A DNA stretch of 56,233 bases, the filler included, from Bipalium vagum (taxonomy: Eukaryota), in assembly GCA_037834085.1 (NCBI GenBank). It is 3 parts of 3 records of this genome, joined end to end, with 100 filler letters (N's around TTAATTAATTAA, not from the genome) between each part and the next. Parts side by side here need not be neighbours in the genome. Positions count along the whole stretch, not along the records: positions 23,434 to 40,528 come from JBBMKC010078644.1; 2 more parts are not named here. The stretch is one strand, 5' to 3'. Made by a program: the position numbers and the translations under genes. This document shows positions 27,482 through 40,628 of this stretch, piece by piece. How positions within the stretch are numbered: position 1 is the first letter of the stretch; each line of letters opens with the position of its first letter. The notes beneath the pieces were generated by a model. That model worked only from the letters and a program-made list of their open reading frames with translations, searched no databases and was not told the origin of the DNA.

Positions 27482-28539
27482 TAAAATTATATTTTTTCTT
27501 AATTTTAAATAAAAATTCACTAATAATAATTCACTTAAATTAACATTTTTAACAAAAGAAAATAATTTTTATTAATTTATTAATTAATATTATTTTCGAG
27601 GTTTGCTATATATATAAATAATTGGTAAAAAAATGGTAAAAAATGGTGCTTTATACAAAAATATTTGTATGAAAACCGAAACAAAAGGTGAATAAGAAAA
27701 AATTTTGACAATAAACAATTTGAAAATAAATAAAAAAAATCTCACCCAAAGCCATGATTTACTTTTCCAAACTTTGAGAATTTTATTAACAAATCGAAAC
27801 AAAATTGCCGCTGTAACAATAAAAGATGTCGAAAAGGGAAATGTAAAGTGTAAAGCGAAAATTGGAAAGAAATAGCTGCAATGACTGAAATGACAAGTAA
27901 AAGGAAATCAGGTGTACCTGGTCCCAAGAACGGAGTGCATTGTTTGCTTGGGATTTGTTGAAACAATGCTTTCGTATATATTTCTGATTAGTTGCAAAGA
28001 AAGGAGAATTTTGTGCACATTCTCCCCTAATCAATCGATTTTTTTATATTTATTTTTCCGGTTTTTTGTGCTGATTTTTGTCTTTCAGTTTTCAGCGCGC
28101 TATTTGCAAAAAACAATCTCAATGAAATATAAAGAGGATTGACATGTCATTGAAAATCCTTAAATTTTGCTCCTTTCTTTCTGACTTTGTTGGAACAAGA
28201 AATCAATACGTTGAGGAATAGGGATTTTCAAATGAAAAAAATATTAAAGAGGAATATTATCTTCACTCTTTTCTGGGATCCATATTGGGATTTTTGACGA
28301 TTTCATGAGCATTATTTTCTAATTAGAAAATTATATCATGTTCAATAAAAATTTTTTTGAAATATCTTAGATTTGTTCCAAAAGTCCTTTAAAAATCGAT
28401 TTCAGAATTTTTTTTTAGAAAATTAATAAATCATTTTAATTTCTATTCAATGTTTGTAAAGCCTTTGTTTAAATAAAACTACGTTATTGGATAGGTAGGG
28501 TTTTTTAAATTTAAAATTTTATTTTATTTATAATTAAAA

Positions 28540-28840
28540 ACTGTTTTCCTAATACTCAACATTTTTTCGATTTTTCCATTTGCTAAACCATCCAAAGGTT
28601 GCATTAAAATTTTCTATACCCATTTTTTTTGCAAATTCCTGTGCGTTTCGTCAGGCGAACATTTCTGAACCAAATTTTTAAACCTGTTTCAACAGGGACA
28701 TATTTTCCGATTTATATTTGCATTAGTGAGTCTTGGAGTTTCATTGTGTGCTCTATTTTTTATCAGCTACATAAAAGAGGTTACGAAACCTTTAAATAAA
28801 TAGTTGCAATATGATGACTCATTTTAGGTTACTTGTCATA
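28540..28840 (-). mobile_element. pogo/Tigger CENP-B-type HTH fragment
   Basis: AQEFAKKMGIENFNATFGWFSKWKNRKN matches the FxASxGWLxxFKxR motif. Confidence 0.65.
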
Positions 28841-30019
28841 GGACTCGAAAATTCTTTATTTTTCATTTACAGATAAATCCACACGCTTTATATTTATTTT
28901 TGAATTCACAAATTTTAAATTGTGTGATAATCCGGCTTAATATTTAAACAAATGTAATTGATTTTTAAAATTCTTTATTAGATAAAATTTAATTTTTAAC
29001 AAATTGATAACATAAGCCTAATTTATGATTACAAAAAACGGCTTATTTTTAATTAATTTACATAGAAAAAATCGGCACCTAATAGTTTTGATAATATTAA
29101 CCTGTTGATCACATTGAGCGGGTCCTGCTGTATTTGAAATTAGTAAAATGGATATTTATTTATTAATAATAAATATAAATAAAATGCCTCAGTAAAAAAT
29201 ATTTTATAATAATCATTAATTGTTATTTCACGTTGGTTGCTATTATTTCCGGTTTGCAAACAATATTTATTAATTTCTCTCCACTTTTATACTGTTAAGA
29301 TAAAGACAGCCTGTCAAGAATGAAATGAGCTTTCGTATAAAATTTTTATTTTTTCCAAATATGAGATCCCAACCAACTTATTAGAACATGCATATTTATA
29401 TAATGATGGCGCCGCTTACATAACATTTTATATTCTATTAATACTATTTCATCAAAACCATTAACACTTGAATAATTTTCAATAAATATTAAATTGTTTT
29501 AGTTATTGCATATTCAAATATTCTGGGCTAAATGTTATCGTTAAATAATAATTTGCTGAAATTATTTCTTCTCGATCTCTGACAAAAATTTTTTTAAATC
29601 AGATTCGAATTTGAAGAATAAAAATATTTTGTATCGAAGAAACTGTCATAATTTTTAATTATCAAACTCCACATTTTAATTATATTTTATTCAAACAATT
29701 TCTGTTTTAAATAAAAAATTATAAATGATCTTTTTATTAAGAAAAATCAATTTATAAGTTCTTCATTTTGTAATCAAAAGTATTGATTTTTTTAATTCGA
29801 TTTTTTTCTTAAATCCAATGTATTATTTTTTAAATACCATGTATTGATATTGGTTTGTTTTTTTCATGTACTGGATTTCACAATCTTTCCCAGCTATCCA
29901 TGTGTAATGACACAAATGTATAATTTTAATCGAATAAAGATCAGAACTTTCAAAAAAAATAAATAAAAGTACACAATTTTAAATTTCTTTATATTTTTTT
30001 AAATACCATGTAAAATGAA

Positions 30020-30390
30020 GCATTGATAGTCAGCGGTAGTGAGTACACAAAAGAAAAGAAAATATTCTTAGTTGAAATAGGAGATCGATCGGCCAATACT
30101 TTGACAGAAATAATAAACATGTCAGACAAGAATCAACTGTTTACAAAGGCATGTGGCGTAGTTACAATGAACGCTCAAAAGTACGATATAAGCATGACAC
30201 AGTAAATCATTCGAAGTCATTCATGGATCCTGTAAAATTGGTCCACTCCAATACGATAGAAGCCACATGAAATAGTCTGAATATCAAAATTAAACCAAGT
30301 AATCTCACCAGAGACCAACAAGAAAATTTTTGACAAAAAAATGTGAAGAAAACTTTAAAATGATAACATGCGGAAAGACTTTGGAATCTT
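30020..30390 (+). mobile_element. Merlin transposase relic
   Basis: IFLVEIGDRSANTLTEII, then (frameshift) WRSYN...HDTVNHSKSFMDP...VHSNTIEAT. Confidence 0.8.
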
Positions 30391-32039
30391 ATTGATAATC
30401 AATAAATAAATTAATCATTTACCATTCAAAGGGACCAAGTTATAAGTTTTCTTCTTTAACTCATGATCTAAAAATTTCAACTAATCATTTAAGATCTTGA
30501 TAAAAGCTTTCCGTTTTTAAGACTTCTCAACCTTGTTCACTTCCTCTTGTTTTGTAAAATAAGAAAGTTGTACAAGTCCCTTTTAAAATGTTAATGATAA
30601 TTACTTCAAAGGATTTTAAAATTTTATTGAAAATATTTATGTTTATATGTCTACAGACTTCGAGACACTTTTTTCTTTACAAATTAAAAGTTCACCTAAT
30701 TATCTCTTTAAGATTATATAAGTAAAGAATAAGAAAGCAGACAGAGCTGAAGATATAAATTGTTTAATACTTTTTACTTGTAGTTAATGTAAATGTAACG
30801 CACTTTCAAAGACCAGTACATCAATTGAACAAACTAAAGTTGAATCGTTTTAAAATATAATTTTGTCTTTGCAAAAATCTTGAGCGTAATTATTTACTTC
30901 AATTCTTCTTTTTTCCAATCATGTTAGTAATCAATATCTTGTATCTCTAATCTTTAGGAACTAAATGAACCTATGTACAAAATAAGTACTAGGCTCCGAA
31001 ATAATGGTAACATCATCTACAGAATATGTATCTACTATGTATCTAATATCTAAAGCAGAATAAAGATTTAAGCAGGTCGTTTAATATTAAGAATGTATAC
31101 TGAATTTCTATTTTATAATTTATATCTGCTTATACTTCAATTCAGCCAATTATGTTGAATAAATTATTAGTATTAGATAATTTTGAGCTTTAAATTTACT
31201 GAACCTAAAAACTTGTGTTTCTAACGTGCTCTTTTAATAATGAATAAGAGTAATCACAATAACCCTTATTATTCTATCACGCATTCATAAAATCATTTAA
31301 TACTAATCGTCAAATATATCAAAATAGACGAACACAAATGGTCGAAGTATCAGAAAAATTAATAATCGATTAAATAATAATGACAAAAGTACATAAGGAA
31401 ACAGTTATTGTATCGAACCGTAAAAAATACATCATTCCAATCAATTATATAATCAATGAATTGTCCGAAACACATGAATCAAATGAATAATTAAATAATA
31501 TTCAAAAAAATAATTATGATGTTTAATTTATTAAGGATAAGAACAAGACATTCACTAATTAATGGCGATGACTACTTGGCTCGAACAGGTACGCCTATAG
31601 ACCACCGAGTAGGACAGGACTCGTCGTTGAAACATGTCGCAACAGTGTTAAAAGGAAAAAATCAATTAACCTAAGAGAATAAAGGATTTTACAAACTTCA
31701 ATTTTATGACAAATATAAAAAGTACTTCCAATTGCACTCTCTGACTCCATTTCTTTTGACTCTGCTAAAAATCCAAATTTGGCAATCATTTGTGAGAACT
31801 TCTGTGACGAAAGTTAAATGAAATTAATATTTGGAACATTCCTTAATTCTATGAAACAATTAAATATTTCAAAAATCATTCTCTTTTAATATGTATGTAT
31901 ATACGAAAATGAGTGTTTCTCCAATTATATTACACCGTCCTGTGTTAATTACGTCGGCGAAAAAGGTACTAGGTCTTATACTGGTATCATATTTCTAATA
32001 TATTTCTAAAATGACATTAAAATTAAAATTCCAATAGAA

Positions 32040-32260
32040 GCTTTTTTATTCGTTAATGTAAATTTCATAGTCAACCATTACATTTTCATCAGTGGTCGTG
32101 ACAGTCCTGTTGAATACATGTACATACTTTACTTACTTTTACCATTGTTTTTTCTCTCCCTGCATACTCTGCAGGACGAGACTGTCGTAATTTGCTCGGT
32201 ATTTACGAACAATTCATAGATCTAGCTTCTTTTTCCTGTAGTACTCTATCAGATTCCTTA
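32040..32260 (-). mobile_element. Possible integrase zinc-binding (GHxGRxKT...C..C) fragment, Ginger/Gypsy-like
   Basis: AGREKTMVKVSKV...KCNG; short and degenerate. Confidence 0.3.
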
Positions 32261-32499
32261 ACAACATCAACCTTGAATTTGACAGTGGAGCTTTTTTTTC
32301 AACTAATAAAATGCAAGAATTATATTGAACCTAAAGCACGCTAGGAAGAATAAGCCTTAAATACTTTTAAACTTCAAATATTTTTCTAAAACTATTTACT
32401 TAAACTAATTAATTAAACAAAACCAATTATTTTAGAAAGTTACTAGGTTTTATACAAGAAAGTATCTTAGATTAAAAAAACTCGGAAAATGAGCTTATA

Positions 32500-33200
32500 T
32501 TATTATGAATGAATGAGTACGAAACCAGCATGAAGCCCTTTTCTATGATTATATTCATAGTTCGGTGAGCTTTTTTGCATACCAAAACATACTATAAGTA
32601 AGACGTTTTCGATAAGCTAGCTTTGAATAAAGCATTGATGGTGGCTATCCTCTGGAAAACCCTTTTACAAAACTCTGACTATTGTATTATTGTCTCCTCC
32701 TTCTTGATAATAATCTTCAAAAAATTCTGTCTCAATTTTCTTGGTACGATTGCATTCACTTTTTTCACATATCTGCTGTCAAAAGTCATTAGACGAATTG
32801 ACTAAATCATTTTCTGATTCCAATGTTCTCCAGCATGCTCTGTACAGTCTTCTTAATTAAATTAACTCTAGTAGATATCTCTCTCTGGGTAATCCACATG
32901 AGTCTAAGGACTTTTTATACACATCACAATATTTTTAAGTTTAGAAAAAATACATTTAAGGAATTGAATTTTTGTCAAATAAAATATTTTTACTATTAAT
33001 TGTCTCGCTTTTGATGAAATCTGACAGTAAACGACTAAAGCAATGAGGTTTATATTTATCTTTATTTTTGTGAATTTTAGAGTATTTGTAAAAATTTTTA
33101 GAGAAAGGATTAATTTTTGGAATTCCATATAGCTTTCAATATCCAGTTTTTAAAGGATTGAATTTAATCTGTTATAGTATTTCGTATTCCAAGAATGCAA
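32500..33200 (-). mobile_element. Possible RTE-type non-LTR retrotransposon RT relic
   Basis: The piece KLYGIPKINP...FYKY resembles the RTE LxxYGIPxKxIxL..LY motif; heavily degraded. Confidence 0.35.
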
Positions 33201-33294
33201 CAGTGTAATGGGTCATTAAATTACAATTTCTTAAAAATAGAATTTAAAAACTAATAATTTGGTTTATTAAATTATTTAAAATAATTAAAAATTG

Positions 33295-35607
33295 GGATCA
33301 CGTTTTTTTTACCGAAATGACTATCAAGTATCTTTTTTGACTGGTCTGTTACATCTAGTCCAGTTTTTGACCGATTTATTACACTAATTCTCTTTTTTGA
33401 TCGATCTCAATTTTTTCATGTTGACAGTAAAGAAATAAAATATTGTGGAGCATCCCACAATAGAGACTTTAATGGTTATGATAATAAACATTTTGCTATC
33501 GACTGATTTTAGTAGTTATGATTTTTATGAAAACATTTCATTCTGATTTTGGTGATCAATAAATATTATGATTTTAATTTTTATTTTATGTGAAAGATTT
33601 ACAGCTGATGGTCAGAAAATCCCTTTTAAATAATTATTATTTTATTTTTATTTATTAAATATTAATTATAAATTATTATCAAAAAACGAATAAGCAAAGA
33701 ATTTATATAAAAAAGAAATATAGAAAATAGCAATTACTAAGAATAGAAAATAATCGAAATAAAATTATATATGTTGCTAAAAATAGATTTTAGACAAATA
33801 AAATTATATGAATTTCTAAAAATAGAAATTATAATAAAAATTTTTATATACACAAGAAAAACAGTAAAAAGACACATAATAAATCTCACCAGAGGCTTGA
33901 TAAATCCCACAGAGAAAGACTAATAGAGAAGGTCAACATTCCAACGAAAAACGGGAATAGTCATATCGGTAAAAATAAACAAGGCTCATATCACTATCTA
34001 AATAACGACGCGAGACATTGATCAAATTCATTATTCAAATTCCAAATCAGGTCAGTCTACAAATTCCACAACGAAGGTAGAATCAGGTTACAAAAACAAA
34101 TACAATAGTATAAAAGGGGCGCTTAAAACTAGAAAAAGAAAGACCAAATTACGATCCACATTCCGGTGAAAGACAATTGGATATTGCCAGATCGATACGA
34201 ATATTAGGTGAATATTTTAATATTTATTATAATTTCTATTATAAGATTATTCAAACTCTGTGAGCACAGAAGCTTTGAATTTTTTTTTATTTTTATATTA
34301 AACACAATTTGCGCAATCTTAACCGATTGAAGTGAATTTTTCAATTAATTGTCTCCTTATAAATAAATACTCGGTGCTTCACCGTTGATTAATTAAATTT
34401 TTCTGTTTTTTCCTTTTCTTCCTTTTTTTTTAAGGTTTGCACAGCCGCTAGCTGGCAAACTTCCTGAGGGCTTTAACACACTAGGCTAAGCCCGTGTTTA
34501 AAGATTCTGATTCATTCAGCCTAAAATCTTATTTTCAATTTGTCATTAAAACATTGTTATAAGCCGATTCTTCAATAAAGATTTTATTTTCAAAATTTGT
34601 TCGTTTGTTCAATTCTTACATTGTGTCAGTGATTATAGTGCTAGAACCTTCATCCGTAATTCCTTCTGATATCACATACTTTGTTAAGTGACCTAAAATC
34701 AGAGTTAAGTCTTTTTAAAATCAACCATCTTTTTAGGAACTTAACAATATTATATTAATAAACAGCATAGTGATGGTGTTCCATTCGATGCAATAATGTT
34801 TTTAAAAGAAAATAGTCTGTTATTACTATAAAGTAATTTATAATAATATTAATAATGTTAGATAATTGTGATGGTTGTGGCACGATATTCAAGGAATTTA
34901 CATAAAAAAGAAACACTGGCTGTGTTTCATGGCGTAACTACACGAAAAATTACAATAGATATTTTTCTATTAGAAGAAAATCCTTTTTTGAGAAAGTCAA
35001 AATATCTCTAAATAAATGTGTCCATTAAAAAAAATGAAAAAAGAGCAAAATTTATTTTATATCAATACACAAAAAACAACACTTTATTTATTAACACTTT
35101 TGCATGTCTCTTCATTTTTTTATCTTCAATTACTTAATTTCACTTTTTTTCATCATCCTTGCATTTTTGTCTTCGTTTGTTTTTAACCAACCTTCGGCAG
35201 CGTAGAATACAGAAAACCAAGATAAAAAAGACTTATCTGAGTCTAGAATAAAGAATTCACAACTCCCTTAACACATCAGTCCCTAATAATTCCGAAACAT
35301 ACCCTATATCCTAAGTCATAAAATTAAAATCATATCACAGAAACTTTAAAGTAAAAACAAAGATTTTATTTATGAGTTTTCGAAAATATTCAATCAAGAA
35401 ACTGGGAATCAAAAAATATTTAATAAATTTGTAAATAGAAACTAATTTGTTTGTCAATTTTTTGTGATTTTAAATATTTGTGTTTGTTTTTAAGAAAATT
35501 ATTTACTTTTTTATATTTTTTTTTGTCATTTGTTTCAAGTATCTTTTTTGAACGATCAATCGTATCAAGTATCTTTTTTGACTGAGTCAGTCAAGAAAAC
35601 ATGATCC
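33295..35607. mobile_element. Non-autonomous TIR element (MULE- or hAT-like) carrying a nested LTR-like repeat
   Basis: The ends GGATCACGTTTTTTTTACCG and CAGTCAAGAAAACATGATCC are imperfect inverted repeats. The subterminal motif TCAAGTATCTTTTTTGA occurs near both ends. The flanks AAAAATTG / AGAAATTG form an 8-bp TSD with one mismatch. Confidence 0.6.
33650..34800 (+). repeat. LTR-like interspersed repeat, copy B (TATA-like ~34109, AATAAA ~34574, ...TTACA end at 34620, followed by PBS-like TTGTGTCAG)
   Basis: Clear block homology with 55130-55890 and 3640-4500 on the opposite strand, e.g. TAACAAAGTAT...TATCAGAAGGA(A/T)TTACGGATGAA and AGTAAAAAGACACA. Confidence 0.65.
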
Positions 35608-36708
35608 AGAAATTGACAAAAATTTTCATAATATTAATTGAAAGGGTTCGCAACTCGATTTTATGTCTAATTTAGAGAATTTATTATGGTGTCCCATAAA
35701 AAAATGAATCGTATTTTTACATATCAACATTAAAGCTAAATAACTTTTAATACGGATTAATAAACTAATGATTTATTGTATGAAAATATACATAGCTTTG
35801 TTAAATAAATAATAAGATTAACTTTTTAGATGTTTGTTTTAATATTCATTTTAGCGCTCAATTAAAATAACTAAAAGTTATGAAATTCTATAGTTCTTGG
35901 AAAAGACAGATATCAGCCGCTGATTTTACAAAGTTGAGAAGACATCAAGGCGCTGGTTTTTGAAATTCATTAAACGCTTTGAGAACAAGAAAGACCTGAA
36001 GATGAATCTGTCAACAATTTTAGACTCTAAATCTTCGGAATGATATGAAAATGGCATTTGCAAAATTGAAGAACGTCTGGATTTGTGTCTGAGAACGATG
36101 AATTGTATTTTAACTATTAATTTTATGATGTAAAATAAAAAATTTTAATTAAGTTTTTTGAATTAGAAAGGTCATTTTATATCATAAGGTTGGATATGAC
36201 AAATTATCCTAATGGGGTGTGATTTATTTTTAACTGTTTCATCAAGCCTTTAAGTACGATTATTGAGAATTTCATGCACTAAAATGAGAAATTTTGTAAT
36301 TGAAAATGTTGAACTTTGTACACTAAAAACCGAATCCTACATACAAAATTGTTAATAGTTTATTTTAACCAAATTCAGTGAAAGACAATTATGAAAACCA
36401 CCATTTGAGTTTTAAAGAACGTAAGCAGCAGAACTCTTCAAACTTACTTGAGGAATTGGCAGAACTTCAAACTAGAACATTCCAAGATTAATAGAGGCAG
36501 TACTTTGACCATTCTGCACAACTGAACTTCAAGCGAACTGTTTGCATCAATATTTTTACATACCTTCGTTATTTATTGACTATTTGATGTTAGTGTGTTT
36601 TAGGTTTTAAATCTGTTGAGGTTGCACTCCACACATTGTATTATTCATATATAGAATTTATTTATAAAATATTTTATTAAAAGTCTAATAAAAACTTTTA
36701 TATAAGTA

Positions 36709-37050
36709 CCCTAAAGTTCCGTATATAACGCGCGCGTACAAAAATTGTACAAAAAGATTACATGAAAAAAAACAAAAATCAAAATTTTTTTCATTTTCTA
36801 ATTCAAAATTCAAAGAATCCAACATGTCCAAAAAATCCTTTAGTAATTTGGGTAATTCTTCATCTGCTAACTCATCAGGCTCTGAATCAGAGAAGTCATT
36901 CAATTTATCAATACGGTCCACAATGCTGGCTTTTTAAAATCTTTTTTAATTATATTTAATGCAATTTTTTAATGCTTCATAAAAACATGCTGCGTGCTAT
37001 ACATGGGTTCTCGTTATACATGGCTGAGTGTTATACACGGAACTTTAGGG
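36709..37050. mobile_element. 342-bp MITE/deletion derivative of a pogo/Tc1-mariner element
   Basis: TIRs CCCTAAAGTTCCGTATATAAC / GTTATACACGGAACTTTAGGG with TA on both sides. The internal acidic ORF 36685-36921 is probably a transposase C-terminal remnant. Confidence 0.85.
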
Positions 37051-37259
37051 TATATAATTATTTATAATAATTAAAATAAAAACTATGGTGATCAAATTAT
37101 TTAAAAATAGTTTAAAAAAAATATTCAAATAAATTAGAAAATTTTATATAGATTACGTAAAATTAAATCCTCGTAAAAAGTGCCGAAATTTATGAAATTT
37201 TGCGGGCAGTTTTGTCAGATTAATTAGACAAGAAGACATGTATCAAGACTTGATCATTT

Positions 37260-37900
37260 TTGACAAAATCCAAGATAAAGAAAAGATCTGATCCAAATTA
37301 TAGACAACTGCGTATTAAACACCATCTTGAATCCTTTATTCTACGAAAACTGAAAGTCTTAACCAAAAGTGACCAGGGATCTATTCAAATCGAAATTACA
37401 AGTGGATTCCTTGGTTTTGAGTTTTTAATTAATGTTATATTTTTATTTTGGTTCTTATTATGCGCATACTTCTACTCCGACGACCAAACGACCGTAATAT
37501 CTGTCATGATTAATAAAGTTTTGGATAAGTGTTTTAAATTATGTAAGATTTTAAATGATGAGAGTTTAATCCAAACTCAAAAATTCAAAGCAAATGAAAG
37601 AGAACACCAGAAGACAACTGCTTTAAACCAAGAAACAGAATAGAACCGTGCTCATGATCTTGTTGTTACAGCTTTGAACGTTCTGAGTGTGGGCATTGCA
37701 TTCATAATCAACAAATTGATATTTATGACAAACCGATTCATGTATACATGTTTTGCTTAAGTCACGATATACTTATGCCTCATCAGTGTATATTGTGCTG
37801 ATTCTTCTAACTATTCTGTATATGATTGAAAAGATATAATTTTTGGGTCATACTAAAGCCCAGCATTCATTAGCCTTGTGATTTAACATAGTTTCGTCAG
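37260..37900 (+). mobile_element. Possible Penelope-like RT N-terminal relic
   Basis: LKVLTKSDQGS resembles the KxDKG motif and YSDDQTTVISVMINKVL resembles DPT...INKxL. Weak. Confidence 0.35.
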
Positions 37901-39125
37901 CTGAACTATTTTCTTATCAAAATAAATTTATTTTTATATTCTCTATTAGTTTGGCACAAATTGATTTATGCACTGTGTGAAAAATGACCTGCTCATCACC
38001 CAATGTGTATAATTTGACCTACAATATTCCAATAGGTCAGAAATAACATTGTCCGCTTTTTTCATGAAACATTTCACAAAATAGTATAATTTAAATTGTT
38101 TCGTTTAATTTTGTTGCCTTGACAGCTCAAAATCTTAACATGGAGACAAAAACAAGATATCAAACTAATGTCTTTAAATTTTTCAGATTTCCTATAATAG
38201 ATTATATTAAGTGAATATATTTTTAATCAATGTCCAAAATAATTAGATAAATACAAATATCTTCGATGACCTAAATAATCCGACAGAGGTTAATTTAAAT
38301 TTTTACTTTCATTTTAAAATTAACAGAAATGAGTTAAGTTAATTGTATAAAATCCATTTATTTTTTGTATCTCCCCGTATATAATAAAATATTCGTTAAT
38401 TTAGTCCTTAAATATGTATAATCACACATTCATGAAATCAATATCATCAAGCGAGAATTCAATATTTTATTACAAAAACTCAGTTAATTATTTATTTCCA
38501 TTTCAAGATCGTCATTAATGGTTAAGCATTTTTAAAGTCAAACTTCAATTCTAACCAACATGACTGATTCTATCGAATATTAATTTAAAGATAAAATCAC
38601 TGAAATCTCTACGCAATATTAGTCATAAAATTAAATTCATTAATCTCATACATTTTATCAATATCCGATCGAGATCAATAGATTATCGATATTGTGTCGA
38701 GATAATAATTGATTATTTTTTCTTGGAATGATTATATATTGTAAGAATAAAAACCGTTTCAAAACTATACACTCAGAAACTGACACACACATCCTAAAAA
38801 TTGAACCAAACTTTAAAAAATCGATCGAAAATCAAATACTAAATCGTATTTTAAGTGCTAAACACCTCCACAATCAATATGAATAATCTTCATAAAAAAA
38901 CTTTAACAAATATATATTTAACAATTAAATCAATATCGACGCGCTTTCAATAAATCATAATCAATATAAAAGTTAGAAATAGGAATGATTCAAATATTCA
39001 GACAGTCTGAGGAAACATCACACGCGAGCGGTCTTCTTCACGTTCTGTCGGCTTTGCGATCATTTTCAAAACAATTTAAACCAATCAGTCAATCAATATA
39101 TATAAATCGATTTTGACGATCATCA

Positions 39126-39922
<797 letters not shown>

Positions 39923-40456
39923 CTACAAAGTAATTTAATTAAACAAAAATATTAAACCAAAAAATAAAAAAATTACTTTTCAACTTTAAAATCTTGTGGG
40001 ATTTATTAATTTTATTTAGAATTCATTAAAAAAATTTATTTGTAATAATTTATAATTTCAAGAAGTATTTCAATCTAACTCTTTAAAAATTTTAGATAAA
40101 TATTACACTTAAATAAAATGTTTAACAATTTTTTACAAAATATGGTTAAATTAATTATTTATTTATAGTTTATAAATCATTACGACAAAATGGTTTTTTT
40201 CTTCACTTTAATAGAATTTGAATATCTTCACATCTTTGATTGTTCTTCTATTTTTGATTTTGTTATCTTTTTTCTTTACGAACTAAAGGACCAGACTAAC
40301 ATATGGATACTATCAGCGATAGCAACGGAATATTCTGCCAATTAAGTTCAACCACATGGGATCAGCAGTAAATAACTCTGCGTTTCACATGGAATTCAAT
40401 CCAGTTTCATGGTCAAACTGTTGGGTTTGTCAAAGGATAAATTCCTGAGGTTGGTG

Positions 40457-40458
<2 letters not shown>

Positions 40459-40528
<70 letters not shown>
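40459..40528. repeat. (AAT)n microsatellite
   Basis: Direct reading; abuts the gap. Confidence 0.95.
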
Positions 40529-40628
40529 NNNNNNNNNNNNNNNNNNNNNNNNNNNNNNNNNNNNNNNNNNNNTTAATTAATTAANNNNNNNNNNNNNNNN
40601 NNNNNNNNNNNNNNNNNNNNNNNNNNNN
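40529..40628. other. Artificial 100-bp assembly spacer N44-TTAATTAATTAA-N44
   Basis: Identical to 23334-23433. Confidence 0.97.

Noticed and set aside
37720-37795. Hammerhead-ribozyme-like motif on minus (CTGATGAG-GCATAAGT...ACTTAAGC-AAAAC) beside a possible Penelope relic
   Set aside because: The catalytic GAAA is AAAA, and stems I and III cannot be paired convincingly. At most a dead remnant; an Infernal hammerhead search would decide.
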